In this document: positions 1 through 12,855 of the stretch, one piece after another
Layout of the letters: every line of letters begins with the position of its first letter
How positions within the stretch are numbered: the first letter of the stretch is position 1
Origin: Glaucostegus cemiculus
Lineage: Eukaryota
DNA: 64,000 bases
NCBI GenBank assembly: GCA_976551045.1
Contig: CDPCPM010000033.1
Span: forward strand, 12,834,001-12,898,000
Direction: 5' to 3'
Program-made: the position numbers and the translations under genes
The notes under the pieces: generated by a model
Told to the model about the DNA's origin: nothing
What the model saw: only the letters and a program-made list of their open reading frames with translations
Databases searched by the model: none

Positions 1-269
1 TTGTTCCAGTTTCCATTTTGGATATTTCTCATAGTTATTGAGTCATACAGCACAGAAACAGGCTGTATTTTGCATCTTTGTCAGAACTTGCCACCTTATC
101 TGCAGTAAATATCTTCAAATTTTGCCATCTTTCTTTGTTCTTCACCTTGATTATATCTATTGTCCAAAATGGACAAGCATTGAAAGATGCAAACTTCTGT
201 ACCTTGGTTTCTGTGCTTATTCTGCAGATAATTCATTCTGAATTTCAACAAGTGCAGAACTGTAAACAA

Positions 270-415
270 AAACAGCATTCTGGGTATACCCACCCCTCAA
301 GAACTGCAGCAGTTCAAGGAGGCAGCTCACCACCACCTTCTCAAGGACAATTAGGGATGGGCAATTAAATGCTGGCTCAGCCTGTGAAACCCACATCCCT
401 TGAATGAAGGAGAAA
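270..415 (+). mobile_element. Old CR1-type LINE 3' end
   Basis: Contains ...gcagttcaaggaggcagctcaccaccaccttctcaagg...agggatgggcaattaaatgctggc...cccacatccc, a typical elasmobranch CR1 tail. Confidence 0.6.
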
Positions 416-1435
416 TAAACTGCCCCAAGATCCTAGGCCAACTTGAGAAACGGGAATTCTAATGTGTTTAGGGTACTCAAATATTTTGAGTTTGGCTAAA
501 ATCATCATGGAAGAATCTTGACAGTGCATCACCCTTTTTGGGTTGCCTTCTTCGCTGGGTGCCTCCATCGGCTTCCTTCTAGTTAGATGTTAAATCACCA
601 TCTTGAACAGGACCCTCTCCATCAGTATATTTCTGAAATTTTGGAATTTCTTTTTAAATTCCTGTTAAAGCACTGACTTTGCTCCTGTGCCAAACCACAT
701 TGTTGGAAATTTTCATCTAAAAACAGTTGGTGAATGCTCCTACAGTTCCCGAAGATCAGCTGCTTGTCTTTGGAAAGCTTCCGGTTCCATCTGATAACAG
801 AGTCAAAGCTTTTCTTCCAAAGATGCGACTTTTGTCTGCCAAGCTTTCTGTAATTTCTGGAATATGTTTTTCACTCACTGAAATGCTATTTTGCAAATTC
901 TATCTTTTCTTTCCCAGATAAAGTTTGCTTGGATTTGAGCCTGGCTGCCTCACAGTTTAGTAACAAGACTGGCAATGTATCCAGTCCAGACTTTTTTTTT
1001 CCAACTATTTGCTGTTTAAAGTTTGGTACCAGTTCTTTCCAGTGATTCACGATACTTTGTGACAGAAGGGACTGCTCGGCTATCTTTCCTTGGACCTCAT
1101 TGAGTATGTTTCATAAGCTATCTATTTTAATATCTTTCAGTTCTGCTTCCTTCTCCAGAAGGAAGACAGTTTTACTGTCAGAAGGCTATTTCACTTCATT
1201 TCCTTTACAAAATCTACCAGTGACCTCCTTTCTGATTCTGTTAGATTATCCTAATGTTTTAACTACTAGTTTTAGTTTCACAATTTTTGCTGATGTTGAA
1301 TTGATTTGCATTTTAATTTTTTAGACATTATGTAACAAAAAAAAACCTTCCTAATTTTCAGATCTGTCTCTTCCTCTTTCAACTCCTCCCCTTTGCTGTT
1401 CCTTCCAAGCAGCAGACAGCCTAACTGCTGGCATA

Positions 1436-1952
1436 CAGATTCTCCCCAGGTTACAGCAGGGTTCCATTCCTAAGAATGGTTCAGAACCCAATAGGTTTGC
1501 AAGTCAGAAGAACAGCCATGAGCGAAGTTCCACATGACAGAAATGTCTGAAGAAGTGGGTTGTCCCATTAGACTAGATAGTATGGAGAAGCATTTTAAAT
1601 CACGTTTTGCCATTCTTAATAATAAAACTGATATTAACAAATTTAGCCAGATCCAATCTTGGGCTAATAATATTATTTTAAAAGATTTTACTGCAGAAGA
1701 GGTTTTAAATGCTATTGACAGTTTTAAAAGGATACTGCTGCTGGCCTGGATGGTGTGTTTCTAGATAGGATTCGCAAAATGGGCATCAAAGTGTTAACTA
1801 GAATTCTTTTTGGGTTCAATGTGGCAAACTTCCAGCTAGTGTCAAGAACAGTTGCCAGCAGCCAATTAAACCCATCTTAGCAGTCTCCCAAATGCTTGCT
1901 CGTACGTAGAGACTGTACACGAGTTGGGTGTTTGTAAGCTAAGGCGGACCTG
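1436..1952. mobile_element. Non-autonomous Tc1/mariner-pogo (Tigger-like) TIR element carrying a foreign RT fragment
   Basis: TA flanks at 1434-1435 and 1953-1954. Left end CAGATTCTCCCCAGGTTACA versus reverse-complemented right end CAGGTCCGCCTTAGCTTACA (14/20 match). Ends resemble Tigger-type CAGG..TCCCC..(G/C)TTAC termini. Confidence 0.6.
1534..1905 (+). mobile_element. Fragment of R2-type (RLE-clade) non-LTR retrotransposon ORF, N-terminal RT region
   Basis: With two frameshifts it reads CPIRLDSMEKHFKSRF...KDFTAEEVLNAIDSFK/DTAAGLDGVFLDRIRKMGIKVLTRIL/WVQCGKLPASVKNS..IKPILAVSQMLAR. This fits RT domain 0 (xAPGPDG), the W...G.IP segment and an RPI-like domain 2 start, as in R2 proteins. Confidence 0.65.
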
Positions 1953-4900
1953 TATCTTACTTACCATATGTTATCAGAGGCAGTTTGTAGCCTTGCAGTC
2001 TTCTCCCCCCTTTATTGTATAAAGTCAATTTGGCATTTATTATATGCAAAAATCAGAGTACCCTTGCTGGAATGCAGGCTTTTCCACCTTTTGAGTGTGT
2101 CTTTTACATCGAAACAACACTGTTCACTTCCTGATGAAAAATACACAATCTCATTGCTGCATCCAGAAGTTTGTGTGTATTATAGAATAGGATAATAGTA
2201 AAAGAAACCAGTACTATGCTTGTTCTATGTGAGAGTAATTCAGCTAATTCCATTTCCCCCTCCCTCTCCTCATAGCACCGTAAATGCTTTTCTTTCAGAT
2301 CCTTACCCAGATCTTTCTTTGGACTCTACAGGAACACAAGAAAATAGGACCAGGAGTAGGCCAACCGTTCTCTCAAGCTTACCATGCCATTCAATACAAT
2401 CATGCCTGATCTGCCCCAGGCTTCAACTCTTTTTTTCTGTGCAAATACCCCAATCTTTCAAACATGTATCCTTACTTTCTCTTTAAATGCCTCCAATGAT
2501 CTGGCCTCCATAACCCTCCAGAGTAAAAAAAATTCCAGCGATTCACTGCACTGCCAGGAAAAAATTCCAATGCATTGCAGTTTTAAATGGCTGCCAACTT
2601 ATCTTGTATCTATTGTCTCTGATTCAAGACTCTCCTACTAATGGAAACATCTTGACATCTATCTACCCTATCCTGCTGCCTTAGAATCTTGTGTGTTTCA
2701 ATAAGTCAATCATGTCTTTATATTAGCTGTTAGTTGAAATTCATTTACTATTATTTGTGCCATCATCTCATCTATCTTAGTATAAATGTTATGGATCTCG
2801 GACATTCAAAATTAATGTTGTGAGGGCTGACTTTGAGTACACAAATATCCTAATTATTAATAGTCAGAGCAAATAGGCCTTTAACCATGTTTGATATGCT
2901 AAGTGACAAAACTTAATAGATGTGGAAGCTTCCTTGAACTCGGTCACAGTGGTGCAAAATACGAGTTATTTTGATGCCTAGTTTGATGTAGGCCAATTAG
3001 CAAACCCCATTATCTTGCATCTGGCTGATGCATACGTGAACTTCTTCCAGTCATGTCAGTGTACAAGCCATATCTCTTAAGCAGCCAGTCTCCTGCTGTT
3101 GGCCAGTAGCCTGTGCTATGTAGACAGTACTGTTTGTTTACAAAGCTGCTCTTTTAATTTCAAACTGACTACTGCTTGCAATTTACATTAAGAACAGAAG
3201 ACTGGTTCTTGTTTGAGTTAATGCCTGGTATACTCACGTAATTCCATAACCCCTGAATCCCTGGCAATCTGCGTTCAAACAAAGAACCTTAATCTTTGAA
3301 ATTTTACAGTTTTTACTTTGGATTCACTGTACTGTACACTTTCTTATATTTTCTGTTCTTTTCTGTCATGCTTTGATTTTCATTCTCTCCTACTCTATCA
3401 TGAAAACCCTTCTCTCTAATTAGTTTGGAGATGGTGCATTCCAGAACCAAAGCACTCAACTGCAATTTAAAAAAAAAATCACTTTTGGGAAAATCATATT
3501 TATATGAATTTAATTTCCCCAGCTGCTGCATTTGGATTTGAACTTGTGTTTCTGGTTCAATAGTTGAACTGCTTGTCCAGTGCTGCCTGTGTTTTGTCAA
3601 ATTGAATACACGGTTTTACAGTAACTTCATTGAAGAGTTTTTCCATTTCCTTGAGTGTACCAACTAAATTAACTAGAACACAATAAGCATTAACTCTGAT
3701 TGTTGCCTCAAACATGTATCGACCGCACCCCTGTATTGCCCTGTTCTGTACCTCGACATTTTCCATTGAAACTGCACTTTTCGTCCACATGACTAGGACC
3801 TAATGAAAACTATTCAAGAATATAATTGACCTAGAAGACAATTTTGCTCTGCCTTATGTCGGGGCAAGCCTACCATGTTTTGTTGTAGGGACTGAGGAAT
3901 CCATTGCTCTTGTCTGTTTCAGCATGTTGTCTTAAGCACCCTTTATGCAAATGCTACTATTATTTGGTTTCCAGGAGTGGTTTTCATCTCACAGTACTTT
4001 TGCCACCTCTGCACTCGTCCAATCTGTTTTCCAATCTGGTTTCATGTACCCTTTGCTGATTGTCAGTGTCATCTATTGTAGGATCTTAAAGAGCTGGTCT
4101 CTAAAACTGATTATCACATTACTCATCTGTTTACACAGAGCATCAGATGACCACAACCTTTATTTGTGGCAGTAGGTCTTCAAATATGTTACAAGATATA
4201 ACTAAGTAACAGTCTCTTAAGGTTATAGTAATCCACCAACTTTAGCAGCCAACACACATAAACCACACTTTAGGAACTTGTGATTTTGATGAGGTTCACT
4301 TCTAAACCATTGAGGGATTCCATAAATCTGTGTAATTTAGTATCTTACCATCTGCTATATTTTGCAAACATTCTTTGGTCTTATTTGCATGCATGAACAA
4401 TGCACAGATGTGGGTATTGCTGCTGAGAAATTGGATTTGTGACAAAAAAAGGGCTGTTTGTCAGAGTGATTACTTTATCTGCAGTCCTGCTACCCTGAGG
4501 CCTTACAGTGCATTGCTGTGCAGCTTGCCAGTTGGGGCCTGCAGTATTCCAGCTGATTCTGTTGCCAAACTGGACAATGGGAAGGATCTGTTACCAGAAG
4601 GAAATATCATTTTGGTATGTATACTATGTAATTCACGATTTTCAAAAAGCATGGGAATAAGATGCACATTAATATTATGTAACACTGCTGCATCTAGACA
4701 ACATTAAAAATTTGTTTCAATAACATTAATGAAATACTTCAACTTTTTCTTGGTCTTTAATTTGGAACAGTAAAAAAATTAAAATCTACTTCCCATGTCT
4801 ATATGCGATTACCATTCTACCTCTTAGTTTAAACAAAAATTACATTCTAATGCTATTAAGGATGCCTTTCTGATCATAGACATTATTCTCAAATAGTAAT

Positions 4901-5344
4901 TAAGTTAAAAAGCCATTAGAATGTCAGTGAAAACTAGTATGGTGCTGTTTCTCTGACTTGGTTCTGTGGTCAAATTAGAGTGTCACGTAATAGCAGCTTT
5001 GAAGTTTAAGGGTGTTTTATGTATAGGTAGCTGATAAATTTTGAATATATGGGAATAACTGCAAGCACAAAATGTGAGATAACAGAGGCATGCTGGTTGT
5101 AAATTGTCCACATGGTAGATGGGTAGCGGTAGAAATAACAGGATGTTAATCTACTTGTGAGAAAGTACAGGTTACATGCAATTAAGTGGGAGAATGGGAT
5201 TGATGGACTGCCTGAGAGCTGGCATGAACTTGAAGGGCATAATGTCCATCTTCTATGTCTTAAGGAAATATAAAGTATGAGCATGCTACTGCATTTTGAT
5301 CTGGCAATGCATTCTGAATAACAAGGTCATTGAAGTTAATTTTA

Positions 5345-6500
5345 ATCAATGAACAATCTGCTGGAGGAACAACAAGTCAAGCAGCATCTGGGGTGAGGGA
5401 GAGGACTCGTCAATATTTCAGGTTGATATTCTGCATCAAGACTGAGATCAAGAAGGAAGATGGCCAGAATAAAGAGGGGGAGCGGTGAGATGGGGGCCAG
5501 AGGGTGATTGGTGGACCCAGGAGGGGTGAAGGAAGATCGCAGGTTGAGCCAGGTAAGGAAGGAGGAAGGGTGGAGTTGGGGGACAAGAGGCAGGTGATGA
5601 TGGATGAGGTAAGACCAAAAATGGGCAGACGGAGCCTGGTGGTAGGAGGGGAGGGTGAAGATGAAGGCAGCTAAAAGGGTATTAAGCAGAAACCCAAAGA
5701 CCACCAGTGCTAGAACCTGATGTATGGAAGGTGAGAATGGGAACCATTAGGGGAGAGCTGTACCAACAAAGAGAGGAAAGGCCTACAGCGGGTGATTGAC
5801 ATGGCACGGAAGATCACAGGGGTGCGCCTACCCGCATTGGCGGACATTTATGAGTCCCGGTGTCTGAACAAGGCTACAAACATCATTAAGGACTCTTCCC
5901 ACCCGGCCCATCACCTCTTCAGTCTGCTCCCCTCAAAGAAACGCTTCAGGACATTCCACACATCCACGGCCAGATTGAGGAATAGCTTCTTCCCCAACGC
6001 CGTGAAAATCTTAAACAAGGACTCTAAATTTCACAGATTGCACTAGTTCTTTCTCGCTTCTTCTCTCTCTCCCTCTAATACATCAAGTAAAGCCTACAGT
6101 GTAAACTCTAACTTAATTTATTCTCTATTTATTTAATATTTAAGTACTGTGCCTATTGTCTGACATAGGAGTGCCAATGAAATCTCGTTGTTCTGTTGTC
6201 TCAACGGCTCAATGACAATAAAGCAATCTTGAATCTTGAAGGACAGATGGAATCAGAACCAGATGGGGGAGGGAGGATCCTATGGGTGAAATGTGTGGGT
6301 AGTAAATGGAACCAGGAGGGGAGGAGGACAAAAATAGGTAAAGGGGGCTGGAGGTGGGTGAAGAGGGACAAAAATACAAGGACTGGAGGTGGATCATAAA
6401 GGGTGGGATGAGGGCAAGGAGTGTATTAGCACACTGGAGGTGAGGATTACTCCTCCAGATTTGTTGCTCCAGATTCCAGCATCTGCTTGTGTCTCCAAGT
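5345..6500 (-). mobile_element. Penelope-like element remnant, split by a Rex1/Babar insertion
   Basis: ctgctggaggaac...agcagcatctg terminus, purine-rich body, and a degenerate hammerhead-like motif near 5405-5445. Resumes at about 6241 after the LINE insertion. Confidence 0.55.
5785..6240 (+). mobile_element. Rex1/Babar-type LINE 3' fragment
   Basis: ORF 5792-6046 (ARKITGVRLPAL.DIY..RCL.KA..IIKDSSHPAHHLFSLLPSKKRFR....T.RLRNSFFP.A) is the Rex1/Babar RT C-terminus. The 3' UTR ends in aataaa and (atcttga)n. Confidence 0.85.
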
Positions 6501-9500
6501 TAGTCTTAATAATGTATGCTTTGACCTGAACTCATTTTGACTGGTTATTGGATACATAAATGATAAAACAGATGTGGTTATACTGCCTCATAAGTGTTTT
6601 CACCAAAATTATCCTTGCAGCTGATTTTTATTTTCTTTTTGATTTTGTATGACATACAATGCCTACACTAAGCATCTACATGTTAACCTTTAGATTGAAC
6701 TGATCCTAACAGGAAGTGGGGTTACACAGAGTCTGTGAGGAAAAAAGAAGTGGTTTTATGTTCTGTCTCCTTTATTGCCACCAGCAGAAATCTAATTCAT
6801 TCAAACTATTAAAACACAGCTACTTGTAAATGCAGTGGTATTGTTCATTCTTCAGTTCTGATTCTTTTTATAAGTGTCTTTTGTTAACAGGATAATGAAT
6901 GCTTTGAAGAGAGAGAATTTAAACCTTCAATATGTGTACTGTTTCTCTTTAAAATATGTTTAGAAGTTGACTTTTATACATATTTCTTTGTGCGACTGTT
7001 TGAAGTTAGAATTCAAATGCAGGGCCATTTTAATGCGCTTCCACATTAAATCAGGGTTTGAGATCCATAATAATCCTGTATGTTGATAGTCCATTTTCAG
7101 CTTAATATGCACTAGTGGAAGCATGGTGAAGAGACTGTCTTGATGAATCGCAAATGAAAGAAGCAGGAAGTCAGTGACAGGACATTCTCCCTGTCCGATT
7201 TAATATTTCTCATCAACTAATTGTTTTAAAAGGGAAAAATATGTTGTAACCACATAATCTGTCTTTCAGAATGTTGAAGCAAGCTGTTTCTGGACATCAA
7301 TGAATTAACTTGCAAGTGGGACCTTGGGGCTGAAAAAAATAACAGACTTTTTAACTGTCTTCATTAATATCATGGCAAATGCAACCCCACCTCTTTCGGA
7401 TTGCATTGCTTATTTACATTTCCTTAGATTGTGCAAAAAGATGCTATGAAATCATATTTCATGTTGCCAGATATAGAGTTATAGAGTAGTACAGCATAGA
7501 AACAGACCTTTCAGCCCATTGCATCTATTTTGACCATCATGCCTATATATACTAATCCCACTTGCCTGCATTTTTTGCATGTTTGTGCTATCATGGATTT
7601 GCCTAATATGCTCAGTATCATGTAGAAAGCAATTGATTTATTTCTGTTTAGTGGGCATCACAGATGATATCAGCATTTATTGTCCATCTCTAATTTTGAA
7701 TCAATGTAGTCCTCCTGATGAAGGTACTCCTACAATGCAACTAGTGAGTTCCAGGATTTAATCACAGCATCTATGATGAAATGGTGACATGTTTCCAAGT
7801 CAGGATAGTTTGTGATTTGGAAAGAAATTTGCAGGTAGTGGTGTTTCATCTGCCTGCTATCCTTGTTCCATTCATTGATAATTTTGTGGATTTATGAGAT
7901 GTTCCTAAAGTAGCCTTGGTTAGTTACTGTAGCAAATTTTGTAGATAGTACACATTGCAGCTATGGTGTGGTAGCAGAGGATTAGAGTGGGGATGTGTGT
8001 GAGGGATGCATAGGTCTAGCAAGCAAAAACATCTAAGTGCAGTTAAGGAAATGAGAGGACTTTAATTTTTCTCCACATATTGAACTTTCTAAAACTCCTC
8101 AAATGTACGTCAACTTCATAGTTTGAAACAACTAGCATTGATGAAGGAAACCAGCAGATAGTGTATTTGGATTTTCAAAGTGCATTCAATGAAGTGCCAT
8201 ATAATGGGCAATTGCACAAGCTGCAGGACCTGGGTTCAGTCCTGAACTTGGGTGCTGTCTGTGTGAAGTTAGCATGTCATCCCAGTGGGCATTCCTCCCA
8301 CATCCCAAAGACATACTGTTTAATTGGCTATTGTAAATTACCTCTGGTATAGATGAATGACTGGAAATTAGGGGGAATCGATGGTCATGTGAAAGAGAGT
8401 AAGTTACAGAATAATAGGTGGTGGATTGAGACAGGTGGGAATGCTCAGAGAGCAAATGTTGACCCAGTGGGCCAAATGGCTATCTTTATGTAAAGTAATA
8501 AAATAAAATTGGACATATAGTATATCAATTACACATGATCTAAATCTAATGCCACTACTAATCAACAGTGTATGAGTTTGTCATGCTGTGAAACTTTAAT
8601 TTTATTCACAATTTAAAGAGGAATATTGTATTATTGATGTTTCAAAAACATAACATTATGAAAATATGAAAATGCTATAAAAATGAGAAATTTGCATCGA
8701 CAGTGCAACAGTGGATTGGCTCTAACAGAAAAAGGGGTTGGGATGAAGGGACATAGACATTATGGCGGAACAGTGACACTGCTAACTCAACTCCAGCGAT
8801 CTTGGTTTAATCCTGAACTCCATTTATAAGAGGACGTTATTCCTCTTTTGTCCTATTTATGTATTTTTGTAACTTGTAATAATTTTTATGTCTTTATGTC
8901 TTGCACTGTACTGCTGCCACAAAAACAACAAATTTCATGACATGTGTCAGTGATAATAAACCTGATTCTGGTTCTGAATGAGACATAGTTTCTGAATAAA
9001 GGGCTGCCAAGATAAATTCGAGATCAGGAAGAATTCCATTCAGAGTTGTGCATCTTTAAGATTCTCTACCCCCAAAGAGCTTTGGCAACTGAATCTTTGA
9101 CTATATTTAAGGCCAAGAAAGATAGATCTTTGGACATGGATAAAGTTGTCTTTGAACAAGTTGTTGCCTGTTATGAGGAGCAAGCAGGAGATCAGAGCTG
9201 GGGCCAGGATCAGATCAGCAATGACAATATTGAATGGCAGAGTTGGTTTTAGGGCCAGATGGCCTTCTGGTGCTCCTATGTTCCTGAACTCAAACTCACT
9301 GCACTGATTGCATTTTTATGGTTGCAGCAGTAGCAGAATGAATGAATAGCACTGCCATAATTATTTGACCACATAACTCTACAGTTACCTTTGTGACATT
9401 TGATTCTATTTTTAACTATATGTTTATTTATCTTATATTTAAGGGATGAATTAGCACTGTCTGAGCTGCTTTTGCTGAGAATTTATTCCAGATGTCATTT

Positions 9501-9835
9501 CTTCAAGTCAGGCATTTTCTTCAATGGGGCTTCTTAGTATTATAACTACCAGGAATAACCTGTGAATCTGAAACAAAAATCAGCATTTGTGAAACAAATC
9601 AAAAAGTTGCTCTGGCCATACCGGCTTTCTATCAGTCGTAAGCTAGTTAACATAAAAACAGGAGATGGGCAGTTGAATTGAAATGACCTTTATATCACAC
9701 ATTTTATAAAAGTGCTGAAGAAATCAAAGATACTAGGCAAGCCTTTATCTTTCTTATGAATGACATTCACATCTTTCTTAAGTGTGGTAACCAGAACTAA
9801 ATGCAATACTCTATTGTGTCTGAACATTGTGTCTC

Positions 9836-10013
9836 TATTCCCGTCGCTGTCTGTAAGGAGTTTGTACGTTCTCCCGTGTCTGCGTGGGTTTCCTCCCACA
9901 TTCCAAAGACGTACGGGTAGGTTAATTTGGGGGTTTAAAATGGGCAGCGTGGACTCGTTGGGCCGAAAGGGCCTGTTACCGCCCTGTAAATAAAAATTTA
10001 AAATTTAAAATTT
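9836..10013 (+). mobile_element. V-SINE (HE1-like), 5'-truncated
   Basis: V-domain ggagtttgtacgttctccc..tctgcgtgggtttcctcc, CR1-like tail gggccgaaagggcctgtt, and (aaattta)n end. Confidence 0.85.
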
Positions 10014-10626
10014 GAACCAAAGTTTAACTTCCCTACTTATGTACTCAGTACATCTGTTTGTGAAGCCTAAGGTCCCATATGCTTTAAAAGCTTTGCTGAC
10101 TACTTTCTCAATTTGCTGTGCTGCCTTCAAAGATCTATGCACATGAGCCTCTCATTGCACCAGATCCCTCTGATCTTGCACACTCTTTAGAACTGCCTTG
10201 CCTTTCCAAATACCTGCTAACAAAATGTATCACTTCATGCTTCTTTGTGAAAGTTCCATTGGTCACTTGTCTGCACATTCTGCTGGCATGTTTATGTACC
10301 ATTGCAGTTGATTGGTACTATCTTTTCTGTTGGGCATCGGTATCATTGGGAAATTATGTAATTTTACAGGTTTGCTGAAACCATGCCTGGAATACTGTGT
10401 GTAGTTTTGGTTTCAATAGCTATGGAGGGATATTGCTGGCTTGGAGGCAGTGCACTGGAGAATCACCATGGACTTCCCTGTGAAGATAAATTAAGTGGGG
10501 TTGGTCTATGCCTACTGGGATCTAGAAGATATGAAAGGAGATAATTGATACAAGTAAGGCTCTTAAGATGATTTGACAAGCCAGATACAGGGGGGATGTT
10601 CCTTCCAGCTGGGGAACCTGCAACCA

Positions 10627-10873
10627 GGGCAGCACGATAGCGTAGTGGTTAGTGCGATGCTGTTACAGCGCCAGCAATCGGGGTTCGATTCCCGTCGCTG
10701 ACTGTAAGGAGTTTGTACGTTCTCCCGCGTCTGCGTGGGTTTCCTCTGGGTGCTCCAGTTTCCTCCCACATTCTAAAAGACATACAAGTAGGTTAATTTG
10801 GGGGTTTAAAATGGGTGGCATGGACTCATTGGGCCGAAAGGGCCTGTTACCATGCTGTAAATAAAATTTAAAA
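10627..10873 (+). mobile_element. Full-length tRNA-derived V-SINE (HE1-like)
   Basis: A box tagcgtagtgg, B box ggttcgattcc, V-domain and CR1-like tail. Flanked by aacca direct repeats (probable TSD). Confidence 0.9.
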
Positions 10874-12047
10874 CCAGTGTCTGGTCTCAGGATAAGAGGA
10901 TGGTCATTTAGGATTGTGGAGAAGGTGAAATTTCTTTGTTCATAGAGTTGTACAGCTTTGAAATTCCCATCCCTAAAGGTTATGGATTATCAGTCATTCA
11001 GTATAATTTTGGATGGTTTGGAATCTAGGAGTAAGGAATTGGACAGGAATGTGGACTTAGGATCAGCCATTATTTTATTGAGTGGAGAAGCAGGCTCATT
11101 TTGTTTTACTGAATGGCCTTTTCCTCTTCTAATTCCTATGTTCTTTTGTTCCTTAAACAGCAGTATATGAGAATCATTATTGTGATTTGTCTACGTTGCA
11201 TACTTCCCGCATGTGCCAACTCCTGGTTGCCCTTCGCAATTATGGCAGGTGGCATGAGTCATGATAGAAGTATGCACAGAGGCATTGAACAGAAAAGTAA
11301 AACTGAATTAACATCTACAGTACTCAAGTGATGGCCACTAAAGAGCTGAATAACAACAGCTATGTAAGAAGTGATATGGCAAGCTACTGCATGGAATTCA
11401 GATTGTTAAAACAAAATTCAAAGCCTTGGAGAAATAATCTCATGAAAAGTGTTCGTATGTACTGTTATGTAACACTCATTGAATTTAGATGGCCTGTAAT
11501 GTTTCCTTTACAACATTTTTCTTTCATGTTGGGTTATACCTCTCACTAGATTTCATCTAAAGTTCAGATCCAATTCTCAGTCAAAACTGCTTAAACCTAG
11601 AGCCCTCTGGTAAAAGCAATACATTTTTACTGCAAGAGCAAGAGGGCATAAATTTGCTGCTGAGCGTTTAAAGATTCCTTATTGAGCAGCTGATTGCTGG
11701 TGTGCCAGGTTAAAATGGGTGGAGTATTTTATATAATGCTATTAAAAAGGAAAATTGAAACCAGCTGCATCAACAGTTCTTGAAACTTATGTGTCCTGGT
11801 AAAATTTCATAAATGTAGACAAGAGCAACATGAATTTTGCCTGGTATCTTGCATGGTGCAGTGATGCATTGTGTACCAAATATTACTATTTGCTAATTCC
11901 TTCACAAGTATCAGGACTTACCAGATATTTCAGTATTTTAAGACAGTCTATTTCAATTAAGAGCTCTTCAACATCACTAGATTTAGTGGGATGGTCTGGG
12001 AAGACCAGGGAAGTAGGAAGACTGAAATTGAGGTACAAATAAAAATA

Positions 12048-12855
12048 TGGAACAAAGAACAGTGCAGCACAAGAGCAGGCCCTTCGGCCCACAGTGTTGT
12101 ACCAAACTAATTAAGCTAATGACCCCCAATCCTTTCTGTCTGTACGTGATCTATATCCCTCCATTTTCTGCATATTTATAAACCCTAGTTTGTTCAAGTT
12201 CTCCTTATAAGTACATCCCCTATAATCCAGGCAGCATCCTGAGACTCACTGGTTTACAACTTCCAGGATTATCTCTCTTTCCCACCTTGAACAAAGGAAC
12301 AACATTGGCTACTCGCCAGTCCTCCTGGACCTCACCTGTAGCTAGAGGGGACACAAGGATCTTGGTCAAGATCCTTAGCAATCTCATCTTTTAGGTCTCT
12401 CAATAACCTGGTGTATATTGCATCAGGCCCTGGGGACTTATCCACCTTAATGTTCTTCAAGTGACCCAATACCAGTTCTGTCTCAAGATGCCCTAGCATA
12501 TTATCATGCTCCACACTGATATTGTTATCTTTCATGTCCTCCTTGGTGAATACTGATGCAAAGTACTCATTTAGGACCTCACCCACATTCTCCTCCTCCA
12601 AGCACATGTTCCCACCTTTATCCTTGAGTGGTCCAACCCTCTCCCTCATTATGCTTTTGGTCTTGATTTTCTATATTTGATCTATATATATATTTGATAT
12701 ATATAGAATGCTTTGGGATTCTCTTTAACCCTACTTGCCAAGGACTTTTAATGGCCTCTCCTGCCTTTCCTAATTCCCTTCTTGAGTTCTTTTCTGGCTT
12801 CCTTGTATTCCTTAAGGGGCTGTTTGATTTTTTTTAGCTTCCTAAATCTTGCATA
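12048..12855 (-). mobile_element. CR1 LINE fragments, internally deleted
   Basis: ORF 12332-12649 (VGPLKD..G..C...E..GEVLNEYFASVFTKE...DKSPGPD.IY.RLL) plus a CR1 3' tail at about 12048-12240. Confidence 0.85.
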
